A stretch of 56,497 nt of DNA from Myxococcales bacterium (GCA_947499075.1 CANMNA010000003.1:1-56497); one strand, 5' to 3'; shown: positions 7,063 to 15,467, counted from the stretch's first letter. The notes: a model not told the origin generated them from the letters alone. Translations and numbers: made by a program.

Positions 7063-8478
7063 ATGACGCTTGACGTCGGTTCCACCATTGAAGGCCGCTA
7101 CGAACTGACGGGGCTGCTCGGCAAGGGCGGCTACGGCTCGGTGTACCGTGCGCGGCAGCTCAACATGGACCGCGATGTGGCGATCAAGGTCATCTTGCCG
7201 CACCTGATCAGCGACGAGCGGATCGTCAAGCGCTTTTTGCGCGAAGCCCGGGCGGTGTCGCGGCTGAAAAATCCGCACATCGTCCAAGTCTACGACTCGG
7301 GCTGCACCGGTGACGGCACCTTGTACATCGTGATGGAATTGCTGCAAGGCCGCTCTCTCAAAGATATTTTTGCAGAGCAAGCACCGATGGAGCCCAGGCG
7401 GCTGGCCAAGCTTTTGGCGCAGGTCTGCGAAGCGCTGGCGGAAGCACACTCGTTTACGCCGCCTGGCACTACGGAACCGGCGCCGATTGTCCACCGCGAT
7501 CTCAAGCCCGAGAACGTGATGGTGGCGACCTCGCGCGCTGGCAGCGAGCACTGCTACCTGCTCGATTTTGGCATCGTGCGGATGGCCGACGAAGAGATCG
7601 ATCTGGACGCCTCGCTGACCGGCGGCATGGCCGTCGGCACGCCGTATTACATGTCGCCGGAGCAGGGCTATGGCGAGCGGGTTACGCCGGCCGCCGACCT
7701 GTGGGCGCTGGGCGTGATGCTGTACCAGGGGCTGTGCGGCAAGCGACCGTTTGGTGGCAAGTCGGTGCTGGCGATTGTCCAAGCCGTGACCCAAGATCCG
7801 ACGCCGCCGTTGCAGGTGCCCGATGGCCACCTCGAGCCGCCGTTGGCGCTGGTGCAGTTGGTCGAGCAGTTGCTGCAAAAAGACCCGGCGCAGCGCCCGC
7901 AGTCGGCGGCCGATGTCCAGCAGGTGCTGCTGATGGTGGCGGCGACCGGCACGCCGCACCCGCCGTTTCGGCCGATGCCGAAGTTGCATCCGCCGCCGCC
8001 CGCGGTGCCACCGCCGGTGTCGGAGTCTGCCCAATTGCCCGCATTGGCGGCGCAGCCTACGGCTGCTGCGTTGCCTGCCCCGATGGCCCACCCGTCGCGG
8101 GCGCTGCGCTGGATGGCCGTGGTCGCCGTCCTGGTGCTGACGGTGGCGGCCATTGGCTGGGTCGTGGTCGGGCAAGTGTCCCCGCCTGCCAAGGCGGCGG
8201 CCGTAGTGGTTGCACCGGCTGTCGCCGAACCACCGGTCGTCGTGGTACCGCCACCAGTCTTGCCCGCGGTGGCAGTGGCAGCGCCAGCAACTGTTACACC
8301 GGCAGCGCCAGCACCTGCCGACCCGGCAGCGGCAGCACCTGCCGACCCGGCAGCGGCAGCACCTGCCGACCCGGCAATTGCCGCTCCACCCAGCAAGCCA
8401 CGGCCGCGCGTGCGCGACGAAGCCAAGCCAGCGGTCAAACCAGCTGTCAAAGTGGGACCCAAGGTCAACCTTGATTAA
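7063..8478 (+). CDS. Ser/Thr protein kinase with TM segment and Pro/Ala-rich tail
   Basis: 'GKGGYGSVYRA...VAIKV', 'HRDLKPENV', 'DFG', 'YMSPE' Hanks motifs. TM 'WMAVVAVLVLTVAAIGWVVV'. The portion of the track ORF upstream of 7063 is non-coding read-through. Confidence 0.9.
   Translation: MTLDVGSTIEGRYELTGLLGKGGYGSVYRARQLNMDRDVAIKVILPHLISDERIVKRFLREARAVSRLKNPHIVQVYDSGCTGDGTLYIVMELLQGRSLKDIFAEQAPMEPRRLAKLLAQVCEALAEAHSFTPPGTTEPAPIVHRDLKPENVMVATSRAGSEHCYLLDFGIVRMADEEIDLDASLTGGMAVGTPYYMSPEQGYGERVTPAADLWALGVMLYQGLCGKRPFGGKSVLAIVQAVTQDPTPPLQVPDGHLEPPLALVQLVEQLLQKDPAQRPQSAADVQQVLLMVAATGTPHPPFRPMPKLHPPPPAVPPPVSESAQLPALAAQPTAAALPAPMAHPSRALRWMAVVAVLVLTVAAIGWVVVGQVSPPAKAAAVVVAPAVAEPPVVVVPPPVLPAVAVAAPATVTPAAPAPADPAAAAPADPAAAAPADPAIAAPPSKPRPRVRDEAKPAVKPAVKVGPKVNLD
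8311..8382. repeat. 24-bp in-frame tandem repeat x3 (PADPAAAA) inside the kinase tail
   Basis: GCACCTGCCGACCCGGCAGCGGCA repeated at 8311, 8335 and 8359. The third unit is diverged at its end. Confidence 0.85.
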
Positions 8479-9418
8479 GCTGGGCGGCACACTGTGCTGG
8501 ATGGTCGCGCTGGCGACGCTGGCGATGTCCGCACCGGCGTTCGCCGACACGGCTGCGGACGTCCAGTCGGCGTTGCAAGCGGGCGATTTGGACCGCGCCA
8601 TTGAGCTGGGCCAGCGCAGCCTGCAGCGCGATCCCGATCCAGTGGTGGCTGCGGCAGTCGCCGAAGCGTGGCTGCGCAAGGTCAAGGCGGCCAACGACAA
8701 AGGCGCTGACCTGCCCGAATTGCTGGTGATGGTCGACAAAGGCCTCGCGGTCTTGCGCACGCCCAAGCTGCTCAAGAGCCGCGGGCGCATCCTGTCGGCC
8801 TTGAACCGCGATGTCGAAGGCTACGAAGCGTATGAAGAGGCACTGGAGCGCGGTGCGACAGGCAAAGAAGCGGGCGACGTCGCGATCGGCATGGGCGAGC
8901 TACACGCCAAGATTGGGCTGCACCTGTGCCGGTTGGTGGTGACCTCGCTGCCGGTCGGCGCCAGTGTGCAAGTCGGTGCGAGTCCGACGAATGCGCCCAC
9001 GCCCGTCAAGCAGTGGGTACCGCGCGGTCCGATTGTGCTGCGGTTAGAAGGTGCGTCGCCGCCGCCGGTGACGGTGACCAAGCTGTGCGCGGGTGCGCCA
9101 GTGGTCGTACATGTCGATATTGCTGGTAAAAGCGTGATCAGCACACCGCCGCCGGGCAAGCCGCGTCGGCCGGGCATGGCCGAGTTGCTGCCGGGCGACG
9201 TGGACAAGACACCGCGCTGGCACCAGCCGGTGCAGCTGGGGTTGGCGGGTGTGGGCGTTGCGACGTTTGGGTTGGGCCTGTACTGGAATTACAATTATAA
9301 CCAACAGGCTCGGGCGCGAACTGCCGATCCAGATCAGCGCACAGCTGCGGTGTCGGCGTATGCGCTGGGCAGCACGCTGATTGTGGCTGGGATTGTGTGG
9401 TGGTGGATGGATCGGTGA
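8473..9418 (+). CDS. Secreted TPR-like / PEGA-like protein with C-terminal TM
   Basis: TTG 8473 (overlapping the kinase stop) or ATG 8501 is followed by signal 'ALATLAMSAPAFA'. 'LVVTSLPVGASVQV...' is a PEGA-like beta module. C-terminal TM 'GSTLIVAGIVWWW'. The track ORF start at 8210 is unlikely. Confidence 0.6.
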
Positions 9419-9430
9419 CCGCAGCGCCGG

Positions 9431-10594
9431 TCAGTTGACGTCCGCCCGCTCGCCCCGCCACGCCAGCAACGCCAGCGCCACCAGCTTGGCCCTCTCGACC
9501 ACGCTGTGCTTGTCGATGCGCTCGTCGTGCGTATGCGGGTGCTCGCCCACTGGGCCCAGCCCGTCGATGGTCGGGATCCCCAAAGCGGCCGTGAAGTTGG
9601 CATCCGATCCGCCACCGGTATCTTCAGCGCCCAGCTTGATGCCGTGCTCGTCGGCGACGGCTTGGAAGTGCGCGATCAGCTTGTCGCACGCCGCATTGCG
9701 CTGCCACGGCGGCCGGCCGACGCCGCCGATGACTTCGACCCGCGCGCCGGGTACCGGCGCCGTGCTACACAGCTCGCGCACCGCGGCCTCGACGCGTTCA
9801 CCTTCCGCAGCAGTCAGCACGCGCACGTCGATCTCGGCTTTGGCTTCGTCGGGCACCACGTTGCGCTTGGTGCCGCCCTTGACCACGCCGACATTGACGG
9901 TGGTGCCCTTGCCGCTATCGGTCAACGCCGAGATGACGGTGATCAAGTGGGCCAGGCCGACAATGGCGTTGACACCGGAAGCGTGATCCATGCCGGCGTG
10001 GGCACTCTTGCCGTGCACAGTCACGAAAAAGCGGCCGACGCCGGCCCGCGAGCGGACAACGGCGCCGGTCTTGCGGCCGATCTCAAAGTCGAGGCAAAAG
10101 TCGCGGCCGGCGGCGGACTGCTCGATGAGCGCGCGCGAGGTCGGCGACTGAATCTCTTCGTCGGCGTTGTGCACGCAGACCCAGTCGAAGTCGCCCAGCT
10201 TGCCGACGTGGTGCAGCGCATCGAGCGCCGCTTGGGCGACCACTAGCCCGCCCTTCATGTCGCCCACGCCAGGGCCGCACAAGAACGGCCCCTGCTCGGT
10301 GAACGACTGAAACGAGCTGGTCGAGTCGTACACCGTGTCAAAGTGCCCCAGCAGCAAAACCTTGGGCGCGGTCGCCAGCTTGCTCGGTCGCCGCGCCACC
10401 AAGTGGACCATCTCGCCGGCACAGGCCACGCGCTCGCAGGCAAAGCCCAGAGACTTGTAGATGATCTCGAGATGTTCCAGCACGCGGTTGCGGCCCGCCG
10501 GGTTGTCCAAGCCGCTGTTGATATCGACCAGCGCCCGCAGCCGCGACAAGTAGGTCGCCTCGCGGCGCTCGAGGAAGAATACGATTTCGTTCAT
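9431..10594 (-). CDS. M20 family metallopeptidase (carboxypeptidase G2-like)
   Basis: 'LLLGHFDTVY', 'GPGVGDMKGG', 'NADEEIQS', 'HGKSAHAG' metal-ligand motifs. Confidence 0.85.
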   Translation of the reverse strand: MNEIVFFLERREATYLSRLRALVDINSGLDNPAGRNRVLEHLEIIYKSLGFACERVACAGEMVHLVARRPSKLATAPKVLLLGHFDTVYDSTSSFQSFTEQGPFLCGPGVGDMKGGLVVAQAALDALHHVGKLGDFDWVCVHNADEEIQSPTSRALIEQSAAGRDFCLDFEIGRKTGAVVRSRAGVGRFFVTVHGKSAHAGMDHASGVNAIVGLAHLITVISALTDSGKGTTVNVGVVKGGTKRNVVPDEAKAEIDVRVLTAAEGERVEAAVRELCSTAPVPGARVEVIGGVGRPPWQRNAACDKLIAHFQAVADEHGIKLGAEDTGGGSDANFTAALGIPTIDGLGPVGEHPHTHDERIDKHSVVERAKLVALALLAWRGERADVN

Positions 10595-10607
10595 CTTGAG
10601 AAGTTCC

Positions 10608-10843
10608 TAAGAGGGTGTAGCCAAAAAAAGCGGTGCTGGGCGAGGACCTACGAGGACCACAACCCGCGCATTTTCGCCGTCAGAATGAATTCTGCGGCTA
10701 CAGGTAACGGTGTCGGCCTGGGCCGACACCCGGCCAGACAATTGCGCAGGTGGGACTGTAGCCGCGCACTTCACTGCGACGGCGTCCCCGACAATGGTCA
10801 CCGCTGCGGTTTTCCAGTTGACTCCATTGGCTACACCCTCTAA
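10608..10843. mobile_element. 230-bp ORF-less TIR element related to the IS630-like element at 2918-3506
   Basis: Perfect 12-bp inverted repeats GAGGGTGTAGCC (10611-10622) / GGCTACACCCTC (10829-10840), flanked by TAA/TAA. Shares the GAGGGTGTA...AAAAAA ends with the 589-bp element. Contains an internal 10-nt inverted repeat at 10709-10730. Confidence 0.7.
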
Positions 10844-11018
10844 GAGGTTGTTTATCTTCAAACTCCTGCTGCGCGTAACCACGCATCCTGCCATGCTTCG
10901 TTGTCAACCGCCCTCCTCCCTGCGGCGCACTGCGAGTGCGCCTCACTCGTCGGTCGGTCTCCGCCTTGCCTGACGGGCGCCTGGCTCCGCTCGCGACGGA
11001 AATGAATGTAAACACCCT

Positions 11019-11570
11019 TTAAGCCAGCGCGACTTCGGCGACATTGCACTGCCCGCTGTGGCCATTGCAGTCCAAGTACAAAGTGCCGTCGCTGATGGTG
11101 GCTGTCCAGTCCATGCTGCGGCCAGCGTGCGGCTCGAGCCAGGCCACAAAGTCCTGCGGCACAGTGTAGAGGTGCACCAGCTCCAGGTGCCGCGGTCGCT
11201 CGGACAAGAGCTCTTTCTTGAAGCGCAGGGTGTCGTCGTCGCCGGCACATAAGCCAATGAACTTGCCATTCTTGCTGCGGCCCAGTGCCTTGCACAGCCG
11301 CTTCATCGGTGGCACCCCGCACTCGAGCCACATGGTCTGCTGCTCGGTCAGGTCAAACGCCCACAGGTCGGGCTGGGTCTGATCGAGCCAACCTTGGCCA
11401 TCGCGCATGCCTTCGTCATAAAACAGCACCCACGCCAAAAAGCGCAGCAGCACGTGCTCGTCGGGCTCGTCGGGAAACTGCGCGGTGGCAATCGTGCGCT
11501 GGGCGTAGACCTGCCGGTCCAGGTCGGACAGCACCAGGCGCACTTGGCAGCGAAACGAGCCGGATGGCAT
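11019..11570 (-). CDS. yaeQ: YaeQ family protein
   Basis: 183 aa from ATG 11570. 'FRCQVRLVLSDLDRQVY...EHVLLRFLAWVLFYDEGM...DLWAFD...WLECGVPPMKRLCKA' parallels E. coli YaeQ. The remainder of the 401-aa track ORF is an extension. Confidence 0.8.
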   Translation of the reverse strand: MPSGSFRCQVRLVLSDLDRQVYAQRTIATAQFPDEPDEHVLLRFLAWVLFYDEGMRDGQGWLDQTQPDLWAFDLTEQQTMWLECGVPPMKRLCKALGRSKNGKFIGLCAGDDDTLRFKKELLSERPRHLELVHLYTVPQDFVAWLEPHAGRSMDWTATISDGTLYLDCNGHSGQCNVAEVALA

Positions 11571-11729
11571 CTGGGCAGGCACAGCGCGGACATCCGCGCG
11601 CCGGCAGTGTAGCCCAGCGCGCCGCGGTTGACCAACCTGTGAGCAAAGATGAAGCCGCAAACCGGTCGCTCGGGTTCGCCGTCCCAGAGACATCGGCCGC
11701 CTGATTGTAACCGGCCGCAAGGGAGCCAG

Positions 11730-12458
11730 ATGAAAAACGTGCACGGTCAAAAATCGCTGCGCGCGGGCGTGGTGGTCCAAGGCAGAGTGGTCGCCGAGCA
11801 AGTGTTCGACCGACCGCGCGACGTCAGTGTAGGTAGCGCGACCGCCGCGGCGATGTGGATCGATCCGCAGCGCACGCCGGGCCTGCCTGCGCTGGTCTGC
11901 GTGCTGTGTTTTCGCCAGGGCCGGTGGCTGGCGGTGCCGCCCGCCACAGACCACGAACTCAAGCTGCGCGGTCCGGCCGGACAAGTGACCGCGGCACCCC
12001 CGGCCGAGATTGTGGCCGGCCTGGCGGCGGTGCCGCTGGACAATTGTGCCGGTGGCTCGCTCACAGTTGGCCAGCTCGTCGTGATGTTTCAGTGGGTGCG
12101 GCCCGACGCGGTGCCGGTGGTGACCGTGCGCAAGCCGATGCTGCGGATGGGTCTGGTCTGCGACGACCGCTTGCTGGCTGAGCAAGTCCATCAAACGGGT
12201 ACGACACTGTCCGTTGGCGGCCAACGCAGTGACACGCTGGTCTTGCCTGATGTGGACTATTGCGGCGCGCCGGTGCGGTTCAGCAAGGGCAAGAGCAGCG
12301 ACAGAGTCCGGGTCAGCGTGCCCATCGGATGCGGGCTGCGGCTGGCTAAGGAACTGTCAAGAAACTACCCGATCAATTTTGGCTCATCAGGAGCGGCGAG
12401 TCGGCTGTCAGGCCGGGAGCTTGCGACCCACCCAGCCAGCGCAAACTGTCCAACTTGA
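11730..12458 (+). CDS. Hypothetical two-module (FHA-like) protein, C-terminus replaced by MITE copy D
   Basis: ATG 11730 lies 5 nt after GGGAG. There are two similar modules (..GVVVQGRVVAEQVF..VSVGS.. and ..GLVCDDRLLAEQVH..LSVGG..). The last 36 codons are read from the MITE. Confidence 0.55.
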   Translation: MKNVHGQKSLRAGVVVQGRVVAEQVFDRPRDVSVGSATAAAMWIDPQRTPGLPALVCVLCFRQGRWLAVPPATDHELKLRGPAGQVTAAPPAEIVAGLAAVPLDNCAGGSLTVGQLVVMFQWVRPDAVPVVTVRKPMLRMGLVCDDRLLAEQVHQTGTTLSVGGQRSDTLVLPDVDYCGAPVRFSKGKSSDRVRVSVPIGCGLRLAKELSRNYPINFGSSGAASRLSGRELATHPASANCPT

Positions 12459-12475
12459 TGTTGGACAGTTCCTAA
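12347..12475 (+). mobile_element. 123-bp MITE, copy D (core 12350-12472, TAA/TAA flanks), most diverged
   Basis: About 99/123 identical to copy B by hand alignment. Same length, same termini and a compensated right-end hairpin (CCAAC...GTTGG). Confidence 0.85.
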
Positions 12476-12575
12476 CGATGGCGTGGCACTGGACGAGGCG
12501 ACCGCCGTGCGGCAAGGCCAAGCCACCAGCTGCGGCGGAGGTGATGGCCCAGAACAGTCATGGCCGCAGCCTAAC

Positions 12576-12690
12576 GGCGAACGGACCCGGTGTAAAGCGG
12601 GCAAAACCAAGCATTTTCAGTCGATTACATCGACAGGCACAGGTCGCTACACTGCCGCCAAGGCAAGAGCGACGGTGGCAAGACCGGCAC
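12576..12690 (+). promoter_or_regulatory. Possible cobalamin-riboswitch-like leader (weak call)
   Basis: Motifs occur in the canonical order: GGCGAA..CCCGGTGTAAAGCGGG (12576-12601); stem GTCGCT/AGCGAC enclosing CACTGCC-gccaa-GGCAAG (12643-12673); and a B12-box-like GGCAAGACCGGCA (12677-12689). The second ACUG element of the consensus was not found. Confidence 0.25.
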
Positions 12691-12794
12691 AGCAGGGGTC
12701 TGGAAGCAACCACGCCCGCGCAAACGAGTGGTGTTCGTCGCCAGCAAATGATGCGAGTATCTAGCTGCGGCACTGGGCCGACTTTCAGGGGCGG

Positions 12795-13523
12795 ATGAAG
12801 TACTTTCGTTGGGTAGCCATGGCCTTGTTGGTGTGGGTGGCGCCGCGGCCAGCTTGGGCTTGAGGATGCAGCCTGCCCACGGGTCCCGTGGTCAATGCAT
12901 CCCGCGCCGATACCGTTGACACCCGCCCCACCTACACCACCGGCGCCGCATGGGGGTGGATGAGTGCCAGCTTGGGCATGGCCCAAAGCGGCAACGCCAC
13001 GCTGGAGCGCAGCCAAGTCGCGGCGTGGTTCGGCCGCAGCCTGGGCCAGTGGACAGTGCGCGCCGTCGGCGGCGGTGTCTTTGGCGGCCAGTGGCGGGCG
13101 GACAACGTCTTGGTCGCCGTCACGCCCGGATGGATCGCCGGTGTCAGCGCGTCTCGCATGTGGAGCGACGGTGACAGCGTTCGTCCCTACCTGCGCTCGA
13201 CTTTTGCGCTCGCGGCCGCACGCCACGGTTTGGCCGACGGCGGCACCATCACCGCGGCCGACTTGCGCATCAGCGGCGAGGCCGGATGGCGCTTGGGTGC
13301 GGGCGTGCAAGTCTACGCGGCGGCAGCGGCTTTTGGCGGTCCGGTGGTCTGGTCGCGGCCCGGTCATGCGACCGATTGGGGCGGTGACCGCTGGCACGTG
13401 CAGGCGGGCGGCGGCGCGGCGTGGTCGCCGCAGGTGCAGTGGGCGGCGCGACCCAGTGTGTTTGTCCAGGCGATGGTGGTGGGTGAACTCGGCGTGTCGG
13501 CGGGGTTGGGGCTCAGTCTGTAG
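12795..13523 (+). CDS. Exported beta-barrel-like protein with an in-frame TGA (12861-12863) after the signal peptide: pseudogene, read-through or selenoprotein candidate
   Basis: ATG 12795 encodes MKYFRWVAMALLVWVAPRPAWA, then TGA. The same frame stays open to 13523 (the track ORF starts at GTG 12888). The body is W/G/A-rich with alternating strand-like segments. Confidence 0.55.
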
Positions 13524-13532
13524 CAGCGCGAC

Positions 13533-13871
13533 TCACCGCACCACCTCTTGGGGCGCCAACAGCAAATACGCCTCGCGCGCCTGCACCTGAGGATCCGCCT
13601 CCAAGCGCAGCAGCAGCCCATGGCTGCCGCCCCAAATCAGCGTCGAAGTCCCCGCACTGGAGTCGTTGACCGTGATGGCTTGCGCCACCGTCTCGCCTTC
13701 AGGCCCGCATCCGCTGACCAACCACTGCCCGTCGGGGCCATCATCGGGTTCAAACAGCACCACCGTCACCGGGCTTGGCGGCCCTTCGGCCTTCCAGCGC
13801 ATGCACAGGCCGCTGGGCAATTCGGGGTGTGCGTCGACCAAAACATCGACAAAATGACCGGTAGTGGACAT
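13533..13871 (-). CDS. Hypothetical protein
   Basis: 112 aa from ATG 13871 (MSTTGHFVDVLVD...). GC3-rich. No family recognised. Confidence 0.5.
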   Translation of the reverse strand: MSTTGHFVDVLVDAHPELPSGLCMRWKAEGPPSPVTVVLFEPDDGPDGQWLVSGCGPEGETVAQAITVNDSSAGTSTLIWGGSHGLLLRLEADPQVQAREAYLLLAPQEVVR

Positions 13872-14006
13872 CGCGACCCCAAAGGCGATACGCCGCCTCG
13901 CCCGATAGCGTAGCACTGTCTGCTCCTTGACGGTGCACGGCAGCCAGCCCTACGCTTGCCTGCGCCTGATGCAGCTTTGGCGTACCGCGATTGGAGTACC
14001 AACCCC

Positions 14007-14429
14007 ATGTACCGCATCAAGATCTGGCTGGGATGGACCATCGCCGTCTTCGGCGGGATCATGACCGCCATCTGGCTGGAGAGGCTGGCCCAAGGCCAAC
14101 GCAAAGACGTTGTGATGATGGGATTTGTCGTCCTTGGCTTCTGCGCCGCCGGCATTGCGCTGATTCGCGTTGGCCGCCGCGAGGCCAAAGCTGCAGCGCT
14201 GCACGATGAGCGCGGCGTGCCCCAGACGGCGGAGCGCGTGGTCCTGCACTTGGCGACGCAGCACAAGGGCACGGTGACGGCGGCGCTGGTGGCGGCGCAC
14301 TCCGCGCTGTCGTTCGACGAAGCCCAAGCCGAACTCGACAAGCTGGCGCCCAAGGGCGCGTGCGACGTCGACACCACCGATTCGGGCGCGGTCATCTACC
14401 GGTTCGCGGGCTTGCTGCCCGAAGAATAG
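14007..14429 (+). CDS. Hypothetical membrane protein (2 TM) with soluble C-terminal domain
   Basis: 'MYRIKIWLGWTIAVFGGIMTAIWL' and 'VVMMGFVVLGFCAAGIALI' are predicted TM segments. The track ORF starts at 13956 (TTG). Confidence 0.55.
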   Translation: MYRIKIWLGWTIAVFGGIMTAIWLERLAQGQRKDVVMMGFVVLGFCAAGIALIRVGRREAKAAALHDERGVPQTAERVVLHLATQHKGTVTAALVAAHSALSFDEAQAELDKLAPKGACDVDTTDSGAVIYRFAGLLPEE

Positions 14430-14478
14430 CCCTATCTACCGGACGATCGCCACGGTGGCGGAGATCTTCATCCTTGGG

Positions 14479-14507
14479 TTGCGTTGTCCGGCAATTTGCC
14501 GTACGTT
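14479..14507 (+). promoter_or_regulatory. Putative promoter with operator palindrome of the DUF1778-GNAT TA operon
   Basis: TTGCGT (14479-14484), 17 nt spacer, TACGTT (14502-14507). The spacer contains the perfect palindrome CGGCAA-t-TTGCCG (14489-14501). Confidence 0.45.
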
Positions 14508-14528
14508 TGCGTCATGCAGACCTCACCC

Positions 14529-14801
14529 ATGGCCACCAAGTCTGAACGTCTCGAAGCCCGTGTTCCTCGGCATATCAAGGATGTGTTGCAGCGCGCCGCC
14601 TACGCCCGTGGTCAGACGTTGACCGATTTCGTCGTGGCTGCCGCCACCGCCGCCGCGCGGCAGGTTATCGCTGAGGAGCAGGTTTTGCGCCTGACCGACC
14701 GTGACCATCGGGCGCTGATGGCGGCGCTTGAGCAACCGCCCTTGCCTGGGCCAGAATTGATCAAAGCCGCCGCCGCACGCGCCAAGCTGCTGTCGCCGTG
14801 A
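14529..14801 (+). CDS. tacA: DUF1778 (TacA-like, RHH) antitoxin
   Basis: 'MATKSERLEARVPRHIKDVLQRAAYARGQTLTDFVV' is a typical DUF1778 N-terminus. The stop overlaps the toxin GTG. Confidence 0.8.
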   Translation: MATKSERLEARVPRHIKDVLQRAAYARGQTLTDFVVAAATAAARQVIAEEQVLRLTDRDHRALMAALEQPPLPGPELIKAAAARAKLLSP

Positions 14802-15298
14802 CGGCGATGTGGACGGTTGCACGGCTCGCCGCCCACCATGACCGGAGCAACTTCGCTTGCGGCACACCGGCACTGGACAACTATTTCGCGACCTTGGCCG
14901 AACAGGACCAGCGACGGCAAGTTGCGAGCGTATTCGTCGCAGCGCAAGGTTCGGCTGTCTCCGGTTTCTACACGCTGGCGATGGCTGGCATCGACCGCAC
15001 CGGTCTACCCCTCGCCGCTCAGGACGGGTTGCCCAAGTATCAGACAACCCCGGCGATTCGCCTGGGTCGGCTTGCCGTTGCGACATCCGCGCAGGGACAA
15101 GGGCTGGGGCGTGCGCTGCTCGCCGACGCGATCCACCGTGCGCTCCTGCAGGAAATCGCGTGGGCGGTGTTTCTGGTGGACGCGAAAGATGACGGAGCGC
15201 GGACGTTCAACCTCAAGCACCACTTTTTGCCTTTGGCGGACGACTCGCTGCATTTGTATTTGCCGCGGGCGACGGCAGCGGCGGTGTTTGGGGTGTAG
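14798..15298 (+). CDS. tacT: GNAT-family acetyltransferase toxin (TacT-like)
   Basis: 'F.CG.PALDNYF' N-terminal motif and the acetyl-CoA loop 'RLAVATSAQGQGLGRALL'. Overlaps the antitoxin by 4 nt (GTGA). Confidence 0.8.
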   Translation: MTAMWTVARLAAHHDRSNFACGTPALDNYFATLAEQDQRRQVASVFVAAQGSAVSGFYTLAMAGIDRTGLPLAAQDGLPKYQTTPAIRLGRLAVATSAQGQGLGRALLADAIHRALLQEIAWAVFLVDAKDDGARTFNLKHHFLPLADDSLHLYLPRATAAAVFGV

Positions 15299-15467
15299 CG
15301 GCCGGTGCGATCTTGACTCGCCGCTCCGGTCGAATTTGCAGTCGATCGGCTTGAATTGTCACAGTTCCTCGCGCAACGCCCGCACCGACCACCGCATCAA
15401 CCACCCGAACAGGGTCGCCGGCCACATTGGCATTGCGCGCGGCGCACAACGGCACGCCCAATTCAGC

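Noticed and set aside
8311-8382. CRISPR array (also considered for 25750-25975 and 35452-35519)
   Set aside because: The repeats are contiguous with no spacers. They are 18-24 bp, in frame, and encode low-complexity Pro/Ala or Asp/Thr/Ala linkers inside genes.
7000-8790. 596-aa minus-strand ORF
   Set aside because: It is antisense to the Ser/Thr kinase, which has all Hanks motifs. The product is Arg/His/Gln-rich low complexity with no motifs. This is a typical GC-rich shadow ORF.
15330-15375. Solo MITE terminus (CACAGTTCC) between the GNAT toxin and the next gene; likewise GGAACTGTGAAG at 36574
   Set aside because: These are only 8-10 nt matches. Roughly one such match is expected by chance in a window of this size, and neither has an adjacent TWA or partner end.
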